Positions 31,999-41,739 are shown, counted from the first letter of the stretch. The stretch: DNA of 64,000 nucleotides from an uncultured Verrucomicrobiae bacterium (GCA_963765205.1 CAVXVB010000009.1:960001-1024000), one strand, 5' to 3'. Notes: generated from the sequence alone by a model not told the origin. A program made the numbers and translations.

Positions 31999-33032
31999 AT
32001 TCCACACTACAAATTTGCCAGCCGACTGCCACGGTTGACGACCAGTCAGCTTTGCTGGAAATGCTGCTGGCGCGCGGGACAGAGCAGGCGTCCCTGCATG
32101 AACAAGCCGAAGCACTAACCCGCACGGAGTTTGGCAACCAGGTGTTTGTCCGCGGGGTGGTTGAAATTTCCAATTTTTGCCGACAGAACTGCCACTACTG
32201 TGGAATGCGGCGCAGCCGGTCCGATCTGGAACGTTATCGTATCCCGCTGGATGTCCTGTGCGAAACCCTCATTAACCGCCGCCCGGCGTATGTGACTGAT
32301 ATTAACCTGCAGGCCGGCGAGGATCCCAAGGCGGTGCGGGAAATTGTGCTGCCGCTGCTCAAGGAATTACGCCGGCACACCAAGCTGGGCCTCAGCGTCG
32401 GGCTGGGGACGCTCGACGCTAAATTGTGCGACGAATTGCGCGAGGCCGGCGCCACTTTTTATATCATTAAATTTGAAACCGCCGATGAAGAAAGTTATCA
32501 GCGTTTGGAAGCACCCGGCAAGCTGGCCGGCCGGCTGGATGCCATCCGTCGGCTGGCCGCCACCGGGTGGCGGGTTTCCTCCGGCTTCATTGCCGGGTTG
32601 CCGGGCGAAACCGTGGAAAGTTTGGCGGCTTCCCTCAAGTTGATTTCCGAATTGCCGCTGGCTGGATCCAGCGTCAGCCCCTTTATTCCGGGGAGTCATA
32701 CGCCGCTGGCCAAGGCGCCCGCCGGCGACCTCGAAACGGCCCTTAATTGCGTGGCCTTGTTGCGCCTGCGCAATCCGCGGCATATCATCCCCGCCGTCAG
32801 TGCGTTCGGCAATGGCGACATCGCCGGCTATGTCAGGGCTTTACGCTCCGGCGCAAATTTAACCACGGTTAACCTGACACCCGATGAATGGCGCGGCAAA
32901 TACCCGATCTATACCACCAAGCGCTGGATTCTCGACGAGGAAAGATTGACGCGGGCCATTGATTTAGCCGGACGCCAGCCTTTTGCCACCAGCCTGAGCG
33001 ACCACCTGGCCGAGAATTATTCCTGCGCTTGA
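31995..33032 (+). CDS. Radical SAM enzyme, BioB/HydE/PylB-like
   Basis: VFVRGVVEISNFCRQNCHYCGMR (CxxxCxxC), LQAGED, KFET, GLPGET, PFIP..HTPL and GAN...VNLTP. Confidence 0.88.
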   Translation: MNSTLQICQPTATVDDQSALLEMLLARGTEQASLHEQAEALTRTEFGNQVFVRGVVEISNFCRQNCHYCGMRRSRSDLERYRIPLDVLCETLINRRPAYVTDINLQAGEDPKAVREIVLPLLKELRRHTKLGLSVGLGTLDAKLCDELREAGATFYIIKFETADEESYQRLEAPGKLAGRLDAIRRLAATGWRVSSGFIAGLPGETVESLAASLKLISELPLAGSSVSPFIPGSHTPLAKAPAGDLETALNCVALLRLRNPRHIIPAVSAFGNGDIAGYVRALRSGANLTTVNLTPDEWRGKYPIYTTKRWILDEERLTRAIDLAGRQPFATSLSDHLAENYSCA

Positions 33033-33054
33033 ACTGCCCGCTGCGGCCCTGACT

Positions 33055-33160
33055 AAGGTCGCGTGCACCATCGCAGACCTCGCATATACCGAAAACATCG
33101 AAGCCCCGCACCTTCTGGAAGCCATCCAATACCGCAGCCTGGATGGGCATTGTTTTATAG
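33055..33160 (+). pseudogene. comM: 3'-terminal remnant of comM/yifB (Mg-chelatase-like ATPase)
   Basis: Translates as KVACTIADLAYTENIEAPHLLEAIQYRSLD, matching the ComM/YifB C-terminal motif. Confidence 0.75.
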
Positions 33161-33497
33161 AGTCATTTGGGGCGACGGGGGGATTTGTCCCAGGGCTGCA
33201 CGACACCACAAAGAACATCTACTGCAAGCTCTCATACAGGCGATCAACACGCAGGTCTCGTGCCGCAGGTTGATTGTCCCATGTCATCTATCAGCAAGGT
33301 ATGGCGTTGACTCCGACGGCTTGAAAATCATCCTTCATGGCATGGCCATGCTCTTGAGTGGTTTGGCAAAGGCCGTTTCGGGCATGATTTCCCCCCCGTC
33401 GAATCTCAAACCCCAAATCATCCGGCAAAGTGCTGTTCTTCGCCTCGGCTTCCCGCCCCCGGAACATCGGCTATCGCTGAAGGCGCGAGCTTGGACG

Positions 33498-34124
33498 ATG
33501 TTACGAGTTGCTGCATGGCTGCTGCTGGGCGCCAAGGCCTGCTATGCGCATGACCCCTACGTTTCCACCACGGACATCTGGCTGCGCCCTGATAATTGCG
33601 AGGTTGATATCGTCCTGAACCAGACGCTCTACCGCCGGCTGCTGGAGAGCCCGCCAGCCCCCGCGCTGACGGACGACAATTTTGACAGCATATACCGCCC
33701 CCTGCTGGCGAACTGCGCCCCCTCCATGCTGGAAATCACCGTCGACGGCGCGAAGCTCGAACCTCTCGCCGTCGAAGTTTCCCTGCAAGGAGAAACCGAC
33801 CTGCAATTCACCTTCATCTATGAACGGCCGACCGGAACCAAGTTTCGTTTCACCGCTTTATTTGTCAAAAAAATGGACGTTGGATTTATGAACTCACTCG
33901 TCATGAACGAGGGCCGCAACTTCCTCGGCTATGGCGAACAGACTGCGGACAAGCTCGACTGGGAAATCAACCTCACGGAGGATGCCGGCCGGCGCGCTCC
34001 GTCCAATTCCCCGGTTCCCGCCCAACCCGGCTCCCACGCAGGCGGTTTCGGCTTCGCCTGCGCGACTCTCGCCATCGTCATTCTTTTCATGATAGCACTC
34101 CGGCGGCGAAAATCCCCCTCGTAA
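33498..34124 (+). CDS. Hypothetical exported protein with C-terminal TM anchor
   Basis: Signal peptide ending A-HDP; C-terminal hydrophobic stretch followed by RRRK. Confidence 0.6.
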   Translation: MLRVAAWLLLGAKACYAHDPYVSTTDIWLRPDNCEVDIVLNQTLYRRLLESPPAPALTDDNFDSIYRPLLANCAPSMLEITVDGAKLEPLAVEVSLQGETDLQFTFIYERPTGTKFRFTALFVKKMDVGFMNSLVMNEGRNFLGYGEQTADKLDWEINLTEDAGRRAPSNSPVPAQPGSHAGGFGFACATLAIVILFMIALRRRKSPS

Positions 34125-34253
34125 ATTTTCCTAGCGCAGTCCTTGGCCCCATCTTCGCGGTTGTCCCGTTGGCCCAGGCCGGTTCTCGCATTTGACATGG
34201 AAGGCATTTTGAGGCACCTTCCCGGGAGGCACCCCCCTCTCATTACCCCGACC

Positions 34254-36641
34254 ATGCATACCCCGAAAACTTTTTTAAATTTAATTCCCTGGATTGGTTT
34301 GCCGCTGTCGCTGTTTGCGACGCAGCCGTTTCAGGAGATCACCACGCCGACGGTGGCCGACGCTGCAGCGGCATTCGCCCAACCACCGAAGGAATATGGC
34401 GCCATCCATTGGGCCATCTGGGGCGGTCTCCAGACCAAGGAACGCATCCTGGCGGACCTTGACAATATCTCCGCCAATGGCGGCGGGGCCTACATGATTG
34501 ACAACTCGCGCGGGGTGCAGCCTGACTATCTCTCGCCCGAATACCTGGATCTGGTCAAGTTCGTCGTCCAGGAATGCAAAAAACGCGGCCTGAAAGTGTG
34601 GATTGAAGGCGATTGTGGTTATCCTGACGGTTTCGCCGGGGGCTTGATCAGCAAGGATTATCCGCAATTGGGGATGCAGGGCATTGTCGGCGACGCCCGC
34701 ATCACCGTCGCCGCCGGGCAGACACTTGATATACCTTTGCCGCCGGACACGCTGGGCATAGTTGCCAATTCCCGTCCCGCCGCCGCCGCACCGGCCACCG
34801 GCCAAACTTTCCCGATTCCAGCCGACGGCAATTTCCAATACACCGTGCCCAGGGGTGGTGCGGGAACCTTGGTGGTCCAGTTGCCCACCGCCGAAGTGCG
34901 CTACACACTGACCGTGGGCGAGCCGTTTGCCATTCAAGTGCCAGCCGACACAAAAAGCATCACCTTGGTATTGGACGCCGGCGGTGGCGGCGGCGCGCGT
35001 GGCGGCCGTGGCGGCCGAGGAGCAGGCGCGGTTGCGCAAACACCAGCGCCCACGGTGGTGCCCATGCCGGCCGGTCGGCAACTCAAATGGACGGCCCCCG
35101 CCGGTGCCGGCTCTTGGGAGATCACGTTTATCCGGCACGCCTACCGCACGTCGCCCACGCGCAATGACGCCGGGTCGGACCGTGGCGCCAGCAAGGACGG
35201 ACTTTACACGCTGATTGACTACCTGGATCCCGCGGCCACCGACACCTACCTGAAAGTCATTTACGGCGCTTACGAACAGGCGGTCGGCGACGAGTTTGGC
35301 AAAACCGTCCTCGGCTTCCGCGCCGATGAGACCGATTTCACCAACGTCAATCCCTGGACGCCCAAGCTTTTGGCAACATTTCAGGCGATGAAGGGGTATG
35401 ATTTCCAGCCCTATATCCCGCTCATCTTTGGAGGAGGCCCGTTGCCGCCCGAGGCCCAACGTGTTAAGGCCGACTATTTTGACGTCTGGAGCACCATGTT
35501 CCGCGACAATTTTTACCAGCGCGTCTCCGCCTGGTGCACGTCGCGCAACATGGAGTTCATGCTCCACCTCAACCATGAGGAAAAAATGATGGGCCGGGGC
35601 GAAGGCATGATCAGCAACGAAGGCTCCTATTGGCGCGACATGCGCTACGTCGGGGTGCCGGGCATTGACAATCTTAATCAGATTGGCCCGGGCATCGTCG
35701 CCGATTTTCCGAAGATCGCCGCCTCCGCCGCGCACGTCAACGGGCATCCGCAAGCCTGGGAGGAAGAAGGCGGCGGCGTGGGACAAAACGGAAAGTTTAT
35801 CGCCGATTACCAACTTGTCCGCGGCGTGAACTACATGAATATCCGCGGCCTCAACACTGCCAACGGCGCGTCGATTGGCCCCTATGTCAGCCGCTCCCAA
35901 TACCTCCTGGCCATCGGCCGCCCCGCGGCGCAGGTCGCCTATTTTCACCCGACTGACAGCATGTGGATGGGCGACGAGGAGTCCGATGATGTGCTGGCCA
36001 GGCCCAAGGACAACCTCGTGACCCAGTTGCTTGAACACCAAATTGATTTTGACCACGTTGATTCCGACGCGCTGGCTGCCGTCCTCCAACTCAAGGATGG
36101 CGGCCTGGTCAATTTGAGCGGCCAGACCTACCGTGCAGTCATCTACCCAACCTCCACGGTTATCACCCAGGCGGTGCTCGACCGGCTGCGTGCGTTTGCC
36201 ACCGCCGGCGGCAAGGTCATTTTCGTCGGCCGCGCCCCCACCCTGGTGGTGGACAAGAATTTTCTCCATGCCGGAGGCCCGCCGGACTTGAGTTTTGCCA
36301 CGCTTGTTGAACCGTCACCGAACATCACCGACCGCGTCCTCGCCGCGCTGCCGCTGCCCGACGTAAAGCTCGACCAGTCCTGCCCGTCCGTCAAATACAT
36401 TCACCGCAGCCTGAAGGACGGCGAAGTTTATTTCTTCTTCAACGAATCTGACGACACCCAGGCACGCACAGTGACGCTCGCTGGCACGGGGCAGGTCACC
36501 GTCTGGGACGCTGCCTCAGGCACGATCCACCCGGTGGAGGGCGTGACGTCCACGGCCGGTCATGTCACCGTGCCGTTGACCCTCGCCGGCCAGGAAGCGC
36601 GCTTCATCGTTGTGGGGGCGCTTCCACCTGGAGTTCAATAA
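34254..36641 (+). CDS. Secreted glycoside hydrolase, GH106 (alpha-L-rhamnosidase)-like
   Basis: F..PP.EY, YLSPEY, GLKVWI..D.GYP.GFAGG, DYLDP, GFRADE, VPGID and YFFFNES. Confidence 0.72.
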   Translation: MHTPKTFLNLIPWIGLPLSLFATQPFQEITTPTVADAAAAFAQPPKEYGAIHWAIWGGLQTKERILADLDNISANGGGAYMIDNSRGVQPDYLSPEYLDLVKFVVQECKKRGLKVWIEGDCGYPDGFAGGLISKDYPQLGMQGIVGDARITVAAGQTLDIPLPPDTLGIVANSRPAAAAPATGQTFPIPADGNFQYTVPRGGAGTLVVQLPTAEVRYTLTVGEPFAIQVPADTKSITLVLDAGGGGGARGGRGGRGAGAVAQTPAPTVVPMPAGRQLKWTAPAGAGSWEITFIRHAYRTSPTRNDAGSDRGASKDGLYTLIDYLDPAATDTYLKVIYGAYEQAVGDEFGKTVLGFRADETDFTNVNPWTPKLLATFQAMKGYDFQPYIPLIFGGGPLPPEAQRVKADYFDVWSTMFRDNFYQRVSAWCTSRNMEFMLHLNHEEKMMGRGEGMISNEGSYWRDMRYVGVPGIDNLNQIGPGIVADFPKIAASAAHVNGHPQAWEEEGGGVGQNGKFIADYQLVRGVNYMNIRGLNTANGASIGPYVSRSQYLLAIGRPAAQVAYFHPTDSMWMGDEESDDVLARPKDNLVTQLLEHQIDFDHVDSDALAAVLQLKDGGLVNLSGQTYRAVIYPTSTVITQAVLDRLRAFATAGGKVIFVGRAPTLVVDKNFLHAGGPPDLSFATLVEPSPNITDRVLAALPLPDVKLDQSCPSVKYIHRSLKDGEVYFFFNESDDTQARTVTLAGTGQVTVWDAASGTIHPVEGVTSTAGHVTVPLTLAGQEARFIVVGALPPGVQ

Positions 36642-37017
36642 AGTGCGGCCCTCCTCCAAGTCCCGGCAATCCCAAAAAAGCGATTTCATTTCAGTTAAAT
36701 CCTCGCCTTACCGGTAACGATAAAGCTTAACCCGCTGCATGGTGGGTCCATTGGCGGGCAAACGCACTCCCCGCTCTAAATTGGCCATCGGCTGCGGCGG
36801 CGGATAGCTCGTAGCGCAATTGCACTTCGTCGCCATAAGTGCGTGAAGAACGCCAAAGGTCGCGCGGCTAGGCTTTATGCAAAAAAATTGCGGCGGATTT
36901 TTTCCATGCCACGGTTGCGAGCATCCACCAAGATAATCCTCTCGATTCAAGATTTTTTGCGAATTAACCAGCAGTTATTCAATCACTTAGCATGGATAAG
37001 CCGATGGTTTACAAAAG

Positions 37018-37088
37018 TTGCCCGACATGGATTCGAACCATGACAAAGTGAACCAAAATCACTTGTGCTACCATTACACTATCGGGCA
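37018..37088 (-). tRNA. tRNA-Gln(TTG), CCA not encoded
   Basis: Reverse complement TGCCCGATAGTGTAATGGTAGCACAAGTGATTTTGGTTCACTTTGTCATGGTTCGAATCCATGTCGGGCAA folds into a cloverleaf with anticodon TTG and a GGTTCGAATCC T-arm. Confidence 0.95.
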
Positions 37089-37210
37089 GAAAGAGCAAAA
37101 GGGAGCGAGGCTAATCGAAGGCGGCGGGTTGGTCAAGCCCAGGACGATTTTCGGCCAAGTCGGTAATTCCGGTTGCTGCCCGCAGCCCCCTCGGTTACGG
37201 CTGAGGTGTT

Positions 37211-37843
37211 ATGAAGCCTAAAAACTTCATCTTGCTTATCCTTGCCGTCGCCATCGTGTGCGGCGTCCTTTGGTGGTTCACGCGCTCAACAATGCCAGTG
37301 CCGGGAAAAATTGCGGAAGTGCCGATGCCAACCAAGTCTGTAGCTCCCAAACAGGTTGCGCCACAGGCTATCGCCCCACCTATTGCGTCGCCCGCGCCGA
37401 AGCCCGACATGGCCACGGCGCAATCCGCCGCGACGCCATCCCCAGACCCCAATGCTAGTTCTATCGCCGAGTTGACAGCCGTAATCACTGACATTGCGCG
37501 TTTGTATCGGGAGGGCGATTTTGTGACATTAGAAAAGACTTATACACCACCGGACAAATTAGACCCCCAATACCTGCAAGAATTGCAAAATTCCCAGACA
37601 TATCTTCAAGGTAATCCTGATTTGTTGCGGATGATGTATGGGCCGCTGGCGCAGGCTTATGAGGATATGGAAACCCAGACTCCGAATTTTAATTCCGCTG
37701 GCGACGAAGCCACGTATATTATCACGCAGCAGCCGTTCCAGATGCGTGATGGCACCACGGCAGGCAAAGTGGATCAGTCGCAAATGACCTTTATAAAAAT
37801 CAATGGAAATTGGTATCGGAAGCGGGCAGAGACAGGAGACTAA
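37211..37843 (+). CDS. Hypothetical membrane-anchored protein with a Pro/Ala linker
   Basis: N-terminal TM, PA-rich linker and C-terminal FIKINGNWY. Confidence 0.65.
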   Translation: MKPKNFILLILAVAIVCGVLWWFTRSTMPVPGKIAEVPMPTKSVAPKQVAPQAIAPPIASPAPKPDMATAQSAATPSPDPNASSIAELTAVITDIARLYREGDFVTLEKTYTPPDKLDPQYLQELQNSQTYLQGNPDLLRMMYGPLAQAYEDMETQTPNFNSAGDEATYIITQQPFQMRDGTTAGKVDQSQMTFIKINGNWYRKRAETGD

Positions 37844-38013
37844 TCGAATTGAGTTTGTCATTCGGGTAATCTCTCAATTGTAAAAAATCCCGCCTCAAAT
37901 CAGGCAACTACCCGATTTTCGGCCTTGCGTCAGGGGGCGGCGACGGTTTCGCTTAGGGGCGTCGAATGCTCGATTCGACGGTCGGCCCCTGGCCGCCGCA
38001 TTTTGCTATTTGT

Positions 38014-38940
38014 ATGAGCGTACGGCTGGCCATTAAAGTGGATGTAGACACCGACCGCGGTACGCGGGAGGGCGCTCCGGCGTTGGCGGCGGCGTTGCGC
38101 GCGGCAGGCTGCCCGGCGACGTTTTTGTTCTCGCTGGGGCCGGACAACACGGGGAAGGCGGTGCGGCGGGTGTTTCGCCCCGGGTTTTTGAAAAAAATCG
38201 GGCGCACGAATGTCGCGGGCAATTACGGCTGGCGCACGTTGCTGAGCGGCACGCTGCTGCCCGCCTGGCGCATCGGCGAGCGCAATGCGGACACCATGCG
38301 CGCGGTGCGCGACCAAGGATTCGCGGTGGGCATCCATTGCTGGGACCATTTTGCGTGGCAGGATTATCTCGCGCGCTGGGACCTCGCGAAGACGCGCGCG
38401 GAATTTGGCCAGGCAGTGGCGGAGTTCGAGCGGATTTTCGGAGAAAAGCCGCGCATGGCGGGCGCGCCGGGCTGGCAGGCAAACGCTCGCAGCTTCCGCG
38501 TTTACGACGAGGCGGGTTTGCTCTACGGCAGTGACACACGCGGACCACACCCGTTTTTTCCGCGCGTTGGCAGCGAGGTTTTTAAGACTCTGCAAATCCC
38601 GACGACGCTGCCGACACTGGACGAATTGCTAGGGCGTCCGGAATTTCCGCTGGGAAAAATCGTCGCCCACTACCGCGAGTTGCTGACCGAGGCGCCGGAT
38701 GATTACCTGCATGTGCTGACCATCCACGCCGAATTGGAGGGCCAGCGGCATCTGGAATTATTCAAAGCTTTGCTGACCACGGCCAAGGGGGCGGGCGTCG
38801 AATGGGTGAAATTGGAGGAGCAGGCGGAATGCTTGCTGCGCAACCGCGCGGCCGTGCCGGCGTGCGACGTGGAGGCGCGGGAAATTGACGGACGCACAGG
38901 CACACTGGCCGTGCAGGGCGCGCCAGCGTTTTGCGGGTGA
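38014..38940 (+). CDS. arnD: ArnD-like polysaccharide deacetylase/deformylase
   Basis: KVDVDT.RGTREG, FLFSLGPDNTG, GIHCWDH..WQD, PTTLPTLDE and TIHAELEG. Confidence 0.8.
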   Translation: MSVRLAIKVDVDTDRGTREGAPALAAALRAAGCPATFLFSLGPDNTGKAVRRVFRPGFLKKIGRTNVAGNYGWRTLLSGTLLPAWRIGERNADTMRAVRDQGFAVGIHCWDHFAWQDYLARWDLAKTRAEFGQAVAEFERIFGEKPRMAGAPGWQANARSFRVYDEAGLLYGSDTRGPHPFFPRVGSEVFKTLQIPTTLPTLDELLGRPEFPLGKIVAHYRELLTEAPDDYLHVLTIHAELEGQRHLELFKALLTTAKGAGVEWVKLEEQAECLLRNRAAVPACDVEAREIDGRTGTLAVQGAPAFCG

Positions 38941-39019
38941 GAGAGAAAAGAGGGGTTCACCGCAAAGCCGCGAAGGACGCAAAAGTAAGAAAGGGTCTTC
39001 GTCCGCGACACCTCGAAAG

Positions 39020-39664
39020 TTAAAACCACCCTAAAATGGTCTGGGCGGCGGTGCGGACGGGCCAGGGGTCGCGGAAGACTTGGGCTTCGCTGATGGCGCC
39101 GCAAAAGAGGAGGTAGGCGGCGAGGGCCAGGCGGTCCGCTTCCAGGCGGCCCGGCAGGGCGGCGCGGACGAGGTTGCGCATGTAATCACGCAAAAATGAT
39201 TTGTGTTGTTGGATAATGTCGCGGAGGGCCGCCGGGGGGTTGGGTTGCTCGGCGTTGGTGTTGAGGAAGGGGCACCCGCGGAACTCGTTGTTGCGCAGCC
39301 AGACTTCTAGCAGGTCGAATAGCACGGCGACGCGGCGGCGGGCGTCAGGCACGGGCGAGACGCGCTCATTGAGCCAACTGACCCAGGCCTCGTGCTGCTG
39401 GGCAAGCCAAGCCGCGCCGAGGGACTCCTTCGAGGGGTAGTGGGCGTAAAAGGTGGCTTTGGCGACACCGGCTTCGGCAATGATTTGGTTGATGCCGATG
39501 GCGTGGTAGCCATGCTCGTAGAAGAGGCGCGCCGCGGTGCGCAGAATGCGCGCGGCGGGGGGTAGCGAGGTGAGCGGGCCGGCGGCGTGGGCCGAGGAGG
39601 GCTGGGAGGGCGAGGAGGCGGGAGCCTCCACCCCGCTGGGCGAACGAAGAATAATGGGCCTCAT
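39020..39664 (-). CDS. TetR/AcrR-family transcriptional regulator
   Basis: RILRTAARLFYEHGYHAIGINQIIAEAGVAKATFYAHYPSKE and FRGCPFLN. Confidence 0.92.
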   Translation of the reverse strand: MRPIILRSPSGVEAPASSPSQPSSAHAAGPLTSLPPAARILRTAARLFYEHGYHAIGINQIIAEAGVAKATFYAHYPSKESLGAAWLAQQHEAWVSWLNERVSPVPDARRRVAVLFDLLEVWLRNNEFRGCPFLNTNAEQPNPPAALRDIIQQHKSFLRDYMRNLVRAALPGRLEADRLALAAYLLFCGAISEAQVFRDPWPVRTAAQTILGWF

Positions 39665-39843
39665 GCTGCCAAGTGGTTACAGACAGACATGTAGGTCTAT
39701 TTTCGACCCGGGGCCAAGCCGTAAATTCGCGTGCGAGCGCATTATGCGCTTGCGCGCAGAGCGCAAAGTCGGCAGGTAAGTTATAGTTATTCTATCGGCA
39801 TCGCCCGTGGAGGTGAAGCCGCCGTTCCGTTGTTTGTTTTCCA

Positions 39844-40653
39844 ATGTCGCGCCCCCCCCACCCCGCCTTTTTCGCCTCGACCCGCGCCCGGATGTTTCCG
39901 CCGGCGCGCCGGGGTTTTACCTTGGTTGAATTGCTGACGGTGATTTGCATCATCGGCATTCTGGCCAGTATTCTGGTCCCGGTCGTCGGTGCGGTGCAGG
40001 TGTCCGCGCGCAAGGCCAAGAGCACGACCAATCTGGAATCCATCGGGCACGCTTTGGCGTTGTATGCGGAAGATGACAACAACAAGGGTTTGCTGCCCGC
40101 GCCGATTTACGGCCAATCCGACGTGCCGGGCAGTGCCCCGAATAGCGCCAACCCCCGCCAGGCGACCTGGCTGGAGGAAATTGTGGATTATCTCGATGGC
40201 CAGGTGCAGCATGTGGCCGGCTCGAACACCGTGACGGTCCTGGCGTGGCCGGGGGTGCTCACGGACCCGCAATATCAAGCCATCAACGGGGTGATCGCCA
40301 ATTCCGGCGAGGAGGCCGACAAACGCGGTTACGGCATGAACACGAGACCTTATATGGCCGCCCCGGCGGGGCCAAAGAATCCCTATCGCACGGATGATTT
40401 TTCCACCCAGCGGCAATTGCTTTCCAAGCTGCCACAACAAGCCAATAACATCATCGTGGGCACCAGCAACGATGTCATCATGACGCCGGGCGACGATGGC
40501 AAATTTGAACTGCAAGGCAGCATCTATACCAACGGCGACCCCAACCGTTACCAATCCCACGGCCTGTTTCTGATGGTGGACGGTAGCGTGGACGTGTTGA
40601 CGGCGCAAGAGGTGCAGTCGCGATTCACCCCGCCCTCGTCCGACAGCAATTAG
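39844..40653 (+). CDS. Prepilin-type N-terminal cleavage/methylation domain protein
   Basis: RRGFTLVELLTVICIIGILASILVP and C-terminal LMVDGSV. Confidence 0.88.
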   Translation: MSRPPHPAFFASTRARMFPPARRGFTLVELLTVICIIGILASILVPVVGAVQVSARKAKSTTNLESIGHALALYAEDDNNKGLLPAPIYGQSDVPGSAPNSANPRQATWLEEIVDYLDGQVQHVAGSNTVTVLAWPGVLTDPQYQAINGVIANSGEEADKRGYGMNTRPYMAAPAGPKNPYRTDDFSTQRQLLSKLPQQANNIIVGTSNDVIMTPGDDGKFELQGSIYTNGDPNRYQSHGLFLMVDGSVDVLTAQEVQSRFTPPSSDSN

Positions 40654-40719
40654 GTCGGTGGTTTCATCGATTTCTTTGGTCGGAACCTGCTGGGTAAGGC
40701 CCCACTTCGCCGGAGTGCC

Positions 40720-41611
40720 TCAACCACCCAAGCGGGTCGCGCGGATCAATGCGGCAGGGCCCCAGGCTTGGCGGATGGCTTCCACAATGGCGGCGCGCGG
40801 GCTGGTGGGTTCCAGCAGTGCAAAACAGGCGCTGCCGCTGCCGCTCATCCGGCACCGGAGTTGGAAGCGTTCCCGCAATTCCTCGAGCGAACACCGGCAA
40901 GGCGGCAAATTTGGCAAAGGCGGGATATTCCAGGTTATTTTCCAGCGGCAGGGTCTCCCAAGTGGGCGCGGCAAGCCAAGAGGCGATTTTATTTTCCGCG
41001 GCGGCGGCGGGCAGATACCACTGAGCGCCCTGTTCGCGCAGCCGGCCATAAGCCCAGGCGGTGGATATGCCGAAAGGCGGCTTGAAGACGAGCAACTCGC
41101 GCCCGCGCAAGTCCGCCCGTGCAGTCTCCGAGATGATTTCGACTTTTTCTCCGCGACCGCGCATGATGACTGGAGCGTTTTCCAAAAAGAGTGGGACATC
41201 GGAGCCGGTCTCGGCGGCGCAGGCGCGCAAATCCTCCGGACTGAGGGGGTGCGCGGCGAGCTGGTTCAACCCGCGCAAGGCGGCGGCGGCGTCGCTGCTG
41301 CCTCCACCCAGCCCCGCACCGGCGGGGATTTCCTTGCGCAGGTGAAAATGGACGGGGGGCGTCGCGGCGTCCCCACGGCGGCGGAAGGCGGCGGCAGCCT
41401 TGAGCACAAGATTCGAGGCGTCGGCGGGCACCTCGGGGTCGGAACATTCGAGCGTGTCGGCGGTGGCGCCGGGGCGCGGATCGAGCGTCAGCGTGTCGCC
41501 CCATTGCAAGGGAGCGACGAGGCTGATCAGCTCGTGAAAGCCGTCGGGCCGCCGGCCAGTGACGGCTAGGAAGAGGTTGATTTTCGCGGGGGCGAAGAGA
41601 CTCAGCGCCAT
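40720..41611 (-). CDS. ispE: 4-diphosphocytidyl-2-C-methyl-D-erythritol kinase, frameshift near 40890
   Basis: APAKINLFLAVTGRRPDGFHEL and IPAGAGLGGGSSDAAA; MSGSGSACF lies in a second frame. Confidence 0.92.
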
Positions 41612-41739
41612 GGGGCAAAGATAACGCGCCACCGGCTGATTGCACGGCAAAAGGCACTTTTGGGCATTTTCGTTCAAAAATCCTTCACCGGTATTTCTTT
41701 CAAGTGTGTTTGCGTCAACCTAACGCAATAATGGACGGC

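Noticed and set aside
31422..33032. 536-aa fusion ORF as called in the track
   Set aside because: Its first ~190 codons overlap the membrane-protein gene in another frame; the radical SAM domain begins at ATG 31995, coupled to that gene's stop
31995..33032. Pyrrolysine or [FeFe]-hydrogenase maturation locus
   Set aside because: No pylS/C/D/T or hydA/F/G in the window
33063..33497. Long N-terminal extension of the 353-aa ORF
   Set aside because: Overlaps the comM remnant and looks non-coding; a signal peptide starts at ATG 33498
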